DNA of 64,000 nucleotides, from positions 16,714,470 to 16,778,469 of the forward strand of contig CM119271.1 of NCBI GenBank assembly GCA_051294375.1, read 5' to 3'. Made by a program: the position numbers and the translations under genes. A model generated the notes under the pieces. It worked only from the letters and a program-made list of their open reading frames with translations. It did not search any database and was not told the DNA's origin. The stretch is from Paraspadella gotoi (taxonomy: Eukaryota > Animalia > Chaetognatha). Below, in pieces: positions 14,204 through 23,900 of the stretch (its first letter is position 1; the number at the start of each line of letters is the position of its first letter).

Positions 14204-15209
14204 CCTTTCTTTAAATGAAAAATTTTTAAATAATTCACAAAACATTTTGGCGCTGATGAAGGCTCGAATTCAAACAGAAACGTGTTCGTCTTTTAATAAT
14301 AAATTCTTATTATAAATAATTAAACTATCTTATAATGATAAATTTAAAAAAAATATTTTTTAAAAAAATTATTATATATTTTTCAAATTTTTCTTTTCAA
14401 TTAAAAAATTCTGGTTTTAAAAGTAAAACAATTTTATTTTAAGATTTTAGCTCATTATAATTTATACTAGGTTTTTTAAATAAATCTTTAAAAAAAATTT
14501 TGATTTGGTCAAATTTTATTATTTTCACAACACTCTAATTCCTCTTGTACTCCGAGGGATGTAGACGATGAGAACGTTGGCCGACGATCACGTGATAAAC
14601 GAAGATTGATGCGACGACGACGACGCTGAAGCGACTCCACGAGCCTTTCCACGTCCATGGAGGTGGAAAGGCGACGAGGAGTTGGAGCGAGTATGGTTCG
14701 GAAGACGTCAGGTTGGAGAAAGAATAAAGAGAGAATTGGTTCGCCTTTGTTTCGTTTTTTTTTTAAATTGTTTTGGATGTTTCAGGGTATTTTCATTGTA
14801 AAAGACTTTGTACTAAAATCACATCCCCATGTAGAAAATCTGAACTGGGTCGTCTTAAGAAATTATTATTAAAAAAATTAAAATTAGTTTTTTAAAGAAA
14901 TAAACCGATTTTTTAGTGCTCTCTCTCTCTCTCTCTCCTCCTCTCTCCTCTCTGCAATCTCTCTCTCATGGCTATACTCAGGAAGCTCGATCAGCGCAGC
15001 GTCGGGAGCAGCCGCGCGCCGGCGACGGCTCTCCCTGCCTTCGACTAAACTTGCTCGGCTATTACTCCTCTTCTCTCCTCCCCTATCTCCCGGACAAGTG
15101 CGACGGCAGAGTCGATCGATCGGTAGCTGCACGACTACTTAGTATTTTTCTCTCTTACCCCATCACCACCGAGGCTTTCTCTCTGCCTCGAGCGAATCGA
15201 TCTATGAGT

Positions 15210-15602
15210 TCGCACGCGATTCCGGGATCTCTTTATAAAAATGTTTTGTTTTCTATCTCATTTTAAAACGCAACAAAACGAAATCTTTAATAATAATTAT
15301 GATTATAAATTTTTATCGTTATATCTATTCTTTTTAACAATTTTATTTAATTAGTGAATGTTTTTTTTGTTTTATTATCTTTAACCTTTACTGTACCTTA
15401 ATCCAATACTGAATTTTTTTTCTACACAATAATTCAATACTTATATAAATTAAAAAAATCACTAATAAATAAAGATTTTAAAGAATAATAATATAACAAT
15501 AAAATTTACAATAATAATTTAATTTGATAAAAGACTTCGTTTTTTGTTTAAAATTGAGAGACGAAACAAATATTTTTATAAAGAGGTCCCGGCTCGCGCG
15601 AA
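15210..15602. repeat. Imperfect ~390-bp palindrome
   Basis: ccgggatctctttataaaaat mirrored by atttttataaagaggtcccgg. Confidence 0.7.
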
Positions 15603-17062
15603 GGTCGAGAGAGAGTTACTCTTTAAACTATAAATAACATGTACCCGGGCGGCGTAAAATTATATATGAAACAATGTGAATGTCAAATGATTAAATAAAA
15701 GTATGAGTATCTGCATTGCCTGTTAATTTTTCTTTCAAAGAAATTATCCTCGGGGAGCCGTCTCTTCCCATTTCCTTTTTTTTCAATTAATTTATTAAGA
15801 AAACCCTTGACCTCTTCATTTCCCAACTCCAGAATGCCAAAATATTTTTACATCACCTAAACATTTAATTATTTTAATTCTTATAAATTTCATGTGTGAT
15901 TACCGGAGAGTACAAATTTAAAAAAAAATGTCTAGCACAGTTTTTGTCTGGAAAAGTTAGTTAGTTCGCATCTGTTTGAGAGGTCGCCGAGGGATACAGA
16001 GTGGTATTAGGCAGAGCTGAAACAAAGCCATACAAAACAGTTAGGTTGTCTGGAAGTCTGCTATTTTGTCAGCTCATTCTTCATTAATTCATTTAATATA
16101 TTTTACTAAATTATTTCTATATTTTTATTTTTCTTTCTTTCTCTTTTTTTTATATATATATTATTATATTTATATGTATATATATATACGTATATATATA
16201 TATCATATAATATTTTTCTTCTTAAATATATAATATCTTTGTTGGTTTTTTTTTCTCTGCTATTTTATATATATATATTTATATGTATTATATATATATA
16301 TTTTTATTTTTTTGGTGTTGTTCTTTTTGATCACACAAAATGAAACAGAAACGAAAGATACAAACCGATAACTGAGCTTATATTTTATTATAAATATTAA
16401 AAAAAGAAATCTTTATCATAAGGTTGAATATGTTATGAAAAAAATTGTTATTGTTTTAGTTTATGTATAATAACATTCTAAGATAGAAATAAAAAGTGAG
16501 ATAAGCAAAATGTTTACATTAGAGAGAAAAAAGATAGGAAGATAAAAGAGCGAAAAGCAAGAGAAAAGTAATAAATGAGAGAGAGAGAGAGAGGAGAGAG
16601 AGAGAAGAGAGAGAGAAGAGAGAGAGAAATCCGGGGCTCCGGATCCGCTCGGATTTCGAACCGGAAGAAGCCCGACTGCACCCTCGAAGGAGAAAAATCT
16701 CCTGATTCCGCGCGGACTGAAGAAGCCCGAGAGGAGAAGTGAGTAGTCGACAGCCGCTCGCGCCGCTCCGGTCTACGGCTGCGTACGGGAGAGCGTGAGT
16801 ATCTGGACTCTCTCTCTCTATCTCTCTCTCTCTCCTCTCTCAAATCTCTCTCTCTAATCTCTCCTTCATCCTCTCTGTACTATCAAGCCAATTTCTCAAA
16901 GGGGCATGAAACAGGTCGCGAAAAAAAATCTGAGCAAATAATTCGAATCGAGATTAAAATATCAGAAAGTGAAAAAAGGCATTTTTGGTCGCGAAAACAA
17001 GAAGTAGAATCATTTCCGGCAAAATTGGTTTAATTGGAGAGTATGAGAGAGAGAGAGAGAGA

Positions 17063-17110
<48 letters not shown>

Positions 17111-18224
17111 AGAGGGAGAGAGGAGAGCATACCTGACGCGGACCCCGACCGACCGACAACCGGACCAAAAAGTCAAAGCTTCGCTCGTACTCGGGGCGCA
17201 ACTAAAAAAAAGTTGCTCTCAAACTTTTATGCTAAAATTGATTACTAGCAAATCACATTTTTTCATTATAGGGAAATTGCGTTTTTTTGAATTTTCATTA
17301 AATATTATTCTAATTAAATATTAATATTATATTACTATTTCTCACTGATTCCCTCTTCGCTCGTCTCCTTAAAAACGAAAAAAGCAATTTTCTTCACGAC
17401 TCTCGTTCAGAGCGAGAGAGGGACGAATCTCCAACCATAATGTGGGATTCAAATGGCAGAGAGAGATAGAGAGAGAGAGAGAAAACGAAATAAAAGAGAT
17501 GGGGAAGGCTTGGTTAGGAAGGAGAAAGAGAGAGAGATAAAGAGAAAAAGAAAGAGAGAATAAGAAAGAGAGAGAGACGCACAGACAGGGAGAGAGAGAC
17601 GTCTCCTTATATCATCCCACTTACGGTCAGATGAGCAAAAATGATAGTCGGGCGCTTGAGAGAAAAGAGAAGGAAGAAAGAAGAAAGGATTTTGTAGTTA
17701 AGCTCAGAGAATGATAAGAGGACTTAGGCGCAATTGGGGAGACGGAGATGAAGGAGGAAGAGGGAGAGGGGGAGGTGAGAGGAGAGAAAGGGAGAAGGAA
17801 TGGATCAGGGATGTGTGAGCAGAGGAGAGGAGGAGGAAGAAGAAAGAAAGGAGAATGGATGAGTGGATGATCAGGGATGGAATGAGAGTAGAACGGAGAA
17901 GGAGAAGGGGGGAGGGAGAAAGAGAAGGGGGGAGGGAGGAAAGGAGAAGGGGAGGAGGGGGAAGAGAAGAAGATAGATGGAGAGTTGTATTTAGGGTGAG
18001 AGAGAAAAAAGGGATGATAAAGGAAGGTGTAAGCTTATGATGGAGAGAAAGAGTGAAAGTGAAAGAGTGAAGTGAAAAGGTGAGGGAGAGAAAGAGTTTG
18101 TGAGATCTTTTTTAAACAGAGTCAGTGAGAAACGAAAACATGGCGACTGTTTTTTTTCGGAAATCGAAGAGGAAAAGAAAAAAGAAGATGGAGAAAAATT
18201 GAGGAGATACGAGAGAAGAAGAAA

Positions 18225-18520
18225 AGAAGGAGGAACAGAATGAGAGGAAGAAGAAAAGAGGAGAACAGCGAATGGAGAGAAAGAAAAAAGAAAGAGAACA
18301 GAATGAGAGGATGAAGAAAAGAAGGAGAACAAAATGAGAGTAAGAAGAAAGAAAGAGAACAGAATGAGAGGAAAAAGAAGAAGGAGAACAATATGAGAAC
18401 AAAATGAGAGTAAAAAGAAAAGAAAGAGAACAGAATGAGAGGAAGAAGAAAAGTAGGAGAACAATATGAGAACAAAATGAGAGTAAGAAGAAAAGAAGGA
18501 GACAAAATGGAGAAAAAAAA
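18225..18520 (+). repeat. Purine-rich ~30-bp minisatellite (GAACAGAATGAGAGGAAGAAGAAAAGAAGGA-like)
   Basis: Repeated gaacagaatgagag blocks. Confidence 0.8.
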
Positions 18521-18667
18521 CAAAAGAAAAACAAGAAAAAGAGGCTGCGAAGAAAGTTGAGAAAGGACCACATTTTTTCAAAAAGGGTGGCATTTCAGCT
18601 TAAACTTGAGAACAAGTTTTTAAATTAAGTTCTGTTACGTATTTGGTTAAAGAATTTTATAAGATCA

Positions 18668-18830
18668 GGATTAGGGATTAGGTTTTAAGATTAAGGATTA
18701 GGTTTTAAGATTAAGAATTAGGTTTTAAGATTAGGTTTTAAGATTAGGAATTAGGTTTTAAGATTAGGTTTTAAGATTAGGGATTAGGTTTTAAGATTAG
18801 GGGATAAGGTAACCGTTAGGAATTAGGTTA
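18668..18830 (+). repeat. ATTAGGTTTTAAG / ATTAGGG tandem array (telomere-like motif inside a repeat)
   Basis: Read directly; related TAACCC-rich tracts at 8170-8330 and 19800-19920 follow a shared ttttcccagagcgccc head. Confidence 0.7.
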
Positions 18831-19942
18831 GAGTGAGTTTTTAGCAAGAGGTGATTAAATTAACTAATTTATATAAGATTTAGCTTAAATATTAATGTTA
18901 AAATTAAGTTCAGGGATTATGAGATGAAATGAAGCGTTTTCGGAAAATAGTACAGAAGGAATACAAAGAAAGAACAAAGACGTTAGTAAAAAGGTAAAAG
19001 AAGAGGAGGGAGCAGAAGCGACATCTCTTGTCAGACAAATCGAGTAAGTTTTGGGTGAGTGAAGACGACGCTTTCCGTCATCCGGAGTAAGTGAGAGAGT
19101 AAGTCGGGCGGGAAAGCGATTTCACTGACGAGGAAAGTAAAGTAGGACAAAGGATGACCAATTAGGACAAAGTTTTGTGTCAATCAGAAGGATAATGTCA
19201 ATTTGAAGTTTCGTCAGTCGTATTGTAGTTAAAATCTGTTAGATGGAAGTGTCCAAACGACAGACATTGAGTCAAATTAGACTTAGACCAATCAAATACC
19301 AGTGTCAAATTTGATTTAAACTTATCAAACGTTACCCATAAAATTTTACTTTAACCAAGAATTTCCGTTTGAAAATTATTTGTCGTCATTAGAATCAAAC
19401 CGTCTTAATCAGATACCGATATTTGATTGGTCCAAGTCGTTTAACCAATCAAGCTTAGCCATTTATCCTGAGCTCTCTCTCGCTTTCGGACGCCGTCGTT
19501 CCAACCAATCGGATGAGAATCTTGGAAAGAATTTCTACAAATTGCTTTCTTGCAATCTCTCAGGATTCGACTCAAGGCAAAGGTTGATGGCAAAAACTGA
19601 TGTCAATAACCTCGTTGTCATCATTGAAAGTCATAGAGATGACGTCGTTTGAATTCCTTTTGATGGCGTCAGCGCTGTGATCGATGTCATTTTTTTCAAG
19701 GATCGTCAGTTCATTTGTACTCATTTTACAGAATGGAAGATATTATTCGGGCCCTCTTTTCCCAGAGCGCCCGATTTCTGTTCCTTTATCTTGGAATCTA
19801 ATTTTAACCTTAATGTTTAGTTTAAATATATTCTTGAACCTGTAACCTACCCCTTAACCTTTATCACTTACCCTAATCCCAAACCTTATCCATAATCCTG
19901 GACCCTAATCCTTATCCTATCGAGCAACTCCATCCCGTTTTC

Positions 19943-20230
19943 TTAATAAAATTTTTTGAGGACTTTGGCTTTGTATCCAAGAGCTCTATCCTCCATGAAA
20001 AGCCGCCCATTCACTGTTAAATGACTGGCAACAATTTTTCTTCTCTCCATTTTTTTCTTAACTGGCTTACGGTCTTCCAACAGTTCGTCCAAGGTTTCCA
20101 GTTGCTTCAAATTTGTTGACAACTCTGCAGATGGCTGTAGGAGAGAAATGAAGCTGTTTGGCAATCCTATATCTTGAGCTCAACAATTGCAGCTTTCTTT
20201 TTGGGGTTTAGCTGTTTTGAAGTTTCCATG
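19943..20230 (-). CDS. Possible coding exon of an unidentified gene (one frameshift)
   Basis: METSKQLNPKKKAAIVEL then QDIGLPNSFISLLQPSAELSTNLKQLETLDELLEDRKPVKKKMERRKIVASHLTVNGRLFMEDRALGYK; non-repetitive and protein-like, no recognised domain. Confidence 0.3.
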
Positions 20231-20539
20231 GTAAAAAAATAATAAAAAATAATAAAATAAATAATCATAAATAATAAAATAATACAATAATAAAAAACAA
20301 AGATGGATAAAAAAATTTATTTCGCAAAAAAAAATGGTAAGACAAAATTTTTATCTTTTTTTTTATTCTAGCACTGCTACTATAATATTTAGCCTAAAAA
20401 ACTCGTCATGGGCTCGAATGAATGGTATTTGTCATATGAGCCAAAGATTTAATTAATAGGACGACAAACAAGCGAGATAGTAGGGAGTTAAAAGTTTAAA
20501 CTTTTTTTAGAGCAGATCTGTATAAATAAATATTAAAAA

Positions 20540-20660
20540 TTTAATTACTAGTGCTTCGAGCCATTTTAGTAAATTTTGTTCATTGAAAATTTTCTCAGAA
20601 ATGTATGAAATTTAATTTGGAAAGGTTCCCAAATCAAATTTCGGACCCACCCCTTTGACA
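20540..20660 (+). repeat. Interspersed repeat family E (second copy ~45575-45697)
   Basis: agtgcttc.agccattttag...cagaaatgtatgaa...gttcccaaatcaaa...cccacccc.ttgac at both places. Confidence 0.75.
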
Positions 20661-20872
20661 TAGATTGGCCCTACTATAACGCTTTACAAAATAGTAAGAC
20701 AAAATCAATCATGATATATTTATTTACAGTCACTTTGAAGGAACAGGAATAAGAAAATCACTTTAATCACCAAAGGAATAAAACTTTCACTATTAATATG
20801 CGTTTATGTCTCTCGAAAGAAAAAAAAGGAAAATGAAATTCTTTGTTAAAATTTTAATGCGTGATATATTTA

Positions 20873-20974
20873 CTACCAAATTATATTTTTACTAAATCCG
20901 ATGTAAATTGACCAGTAGAATGCGGACCAACCGATGTAAAGCGCGGGGATGAGAATACGCGACAGGACATCGAC
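20873..20974 (-). CDS. GlyR-like exon 9 (M4, stop)
   Basis: VDVLSRILIPALYIGWSAFYWSIYIGFSKNIIW*; cttcag| acceptor, TAG at 20875-20873. Confidence 0.93.
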   Translation of the reverse strand, partial: VDVLSRILIPALYIGWSAFYWSIYIGFSKNIIW

Positions 20975-23900
20975 CTGAAGAATATCAAATCGTACAATAA
21001 CTTATAAATAATAACTAATTATTTTTTTAATAACTTTTAAAATCAACCTTGTTTGCGCATCCTTTCCAATTGCAGTAACTGCGTTTCCTTCTCGACCCCG
21101 GTTCAATTTTTTCTTCCTATTTTCAAAACATTATAATTTAATTTAAAATTTATTTAATTTTGATTTGAGGTTTAAATAAATAATAAATGTCTTGAAATTA
21201 AAAAATAATATATTTATCAGAAATTCTACAATTCACAAAAATCATATTTTTTTGGTTCACATCCTCTCACCTCTTTTTCATCTTCGTCTCCCTTGTGATA
21301 AAGCCAAAGGACATAAGCGGTTTCCAACATCGACAAGACAATGAAAACCAGGGATACGACCATCCAGATATCCATGGCAACCATGTAAGCTACCTGAATG
21401 GGACAAAATTTAGATTTAGTGTTTATGCTTTAATTTAAGAATAAGTCCTTTCGCTATCCTAATATTTAATCAATCTTGAACAAATGTCACGACCAATCAA
21501 TCACATTCAATCATAATTTCAATGAAATAAAATACACCCACAATTAAGATCGAATCGAGCTAAATGAAATAAATTTCGAATAATCAAACAATCAATAACA
21601 ATCATTGACGATCAATCACAAACAATCACACTCAACCATGATAAATTTGAACTAATCACAATCAATCACCACCAATGACAATCAACCACATATTATAACA
21701 ATGAATGACAATCAATAACTATCGTTCACAATCAATCACCACCAATCAAAATCAATCAATCAATCAATCAACCAACGCTCCTCTTCACAAAAAACCTTAG
21801 GCGACGCCTCCTTGGCGGCGTTCATGAACCCGATGGACGAGACCAAGCAAAGAGCGCCGTGAATGACCCTCGCCGGCGCCGCTGAGGGACTCAACCAGAA
21901 TCCCAGCCAAGACAACGCCGTCGAGGCAAAAGAAGGAGCGAAGACGTTGAAGAGAAAAAATCCGATTTCTCTTTTGAAAGTGAATTTGGCGCCGATGCAG
22001 GTAAAGCGGCCTGGAACAGGTGCAGGGACAGGTGTAGGGAGACGCGTAGGGATGGGGGCAGGAACAGGTGACGGGACAGGTGCAGGGACAGGTGCAGGGA
22101 CAGGTGCAGAGACGATGGAGGGGATGGGAGACAATCACTGTTCCAATCAATTATTCAAATACTCAATTATTCATGTTATGAAATTGGTACAACCAATATA
22201 AAAATTATCCATTCATTTAATAAATAAGCTATCTTGCCCCTGACTTTGGACAGGCTTTGGTGGTTTAAGGCCTCCATCACTCTTACAAGATAATGACATA
22301 GCAGGTCCCTGCAAGCTTTCAATCAAGACTCTCTCACAGTCTCGCCTATTCACTCCCAGATTACCTGGCTTCCCTATCAATGAAGTGGAAAATATTTCAA
22401 AGAATGTTTCAATTGTATGAAAAGACCACTCCCTTAAGTATTAGATCGGGGAATACTTATTGTACTCCGCACTAGCATCAAAATACAAGTCAAGTCATCA
22501 AAATACATGTCATTGTATAATATACAATATACAATATTGGAACAGTGATTGTCTCCCATCCCCTCCATCGTCTCTGCACCTGTCCCTTCACCTGTCCCGT
22601 CACCTGTTCCTGCACCCATCCCTACGCATCTCCCTACACCTGTCCTTGCACCTGTATATTATATTATAATATATTATACAATGTATATTATGTTATGTCA
22701 TGTCCATAACTCCTTATAAAAGTTACAAGATTACTTGTTTTACAAAGAAAAATCTTTTTGAAATATCAGAAAATAAATTTATTATTAGTTATCATGGGAA
22801 AAGTTTTTTGAGGGTAGATAAATGGCTGAGATACCAAGTGTCTTTCTTTTTATTTTTTTTAGAGAATGGCGATAGTTAATTAACTATTAAAGTTGATGTT
22901 AAAGTTAATGTTAATTAAATTTAAGGTTAAAGTTGTAAAGTTGTTGTTGTTGTTGTTGTTCAGACCGCTAGGTCATATATACGTAATGAGGGTCTTGTCA
23001 CAGTTATAAATTTGGTTCTTGTCGCGGGTCATTGCAACAAGTTCACTTAGTCTACCCGGATGAAACCTTCAGTCGTAACTCAGTGGCTCATTGAAGGCGG
23101 AACAAGGTAAAAACTAAGAGTTCTGTCATATTAATAACGTTAGAGCATCCCTGTGGGATAACGAAATTTAAAAAAAAATTAAGATTTTATGTATAGTTAA
23201 TAACATAGAAGCATTTAAAGTTCATCGTATTACTATAAATCATGAAAATTTTATATTTCAAATTCAAAATTTTTAAAAACGGATTCGGGTAGAGCTTGAA
23301 AAAATAAATAAAAAATATTATTACAAGAATTCACAATTTTTATGTTTTATTGGTTAAAATTAGCAAAAACTATAAAAATTATGGTATGATGATGATGATG
23401 ATGATTTTTATTTGACCCACTTATCATCGAAATATTGAAAAACGCATTATACTTTGTGGGCTATCTGAATCCGTTCTAAAAATAAAATTTAAAAAAAAAA
23501 AATTTTATTGCCTATGCATTTATAAATATTTAAATACTTCAATGTTATACAGTGCTTCACTAGTTATAAAAGTGATTGTAAATATTTATTAAGTATATGA
23601 TGGACAAATGAATTTTATACGACAGAATTTCTAATGATAAAAAGGGATCAAATTTAACCCGCCTTATTTAGTAATACCATCAGCTAATGACCATAACGTA
23701 ACAGGATCGATCCCCAATTGTACCGCGATCGATCCCCAATGGTACCGAGATCGATCCCCAATTGTACTACGTTCGATCCCCAATTGTACCATGATCGATC
23801 CCCAATTGTACCGAGATCGATCCCCAATTGTACCAAGATAGATCCCCAATTTTAACGAGATCGATCCCAATTGTACCGCGAACAATCCCCAATTGTACCA

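Larger units (their letters stand above)
22016..22655. repeat. ~120-bp inverted repeat pair (22016-22147 / 22536-22655) built on a 12-bp ACAGGTGCAGGG unit
   Basis: Arms differ by one 12-bp unit and ~4 substitutions; the same peptide GAGTGDGTG..METMEGMGDNHCSN-like string appears on both strands in the ORF track. Confidence 0.92.

Noticed and set aside
14249-14295. Hammerhead-like CTGATGA...GAAAC.GTC (Penelope-type)
   Set aside because: Core and short stem III are present, but stems I and II do not pair; at best a decayed relic.
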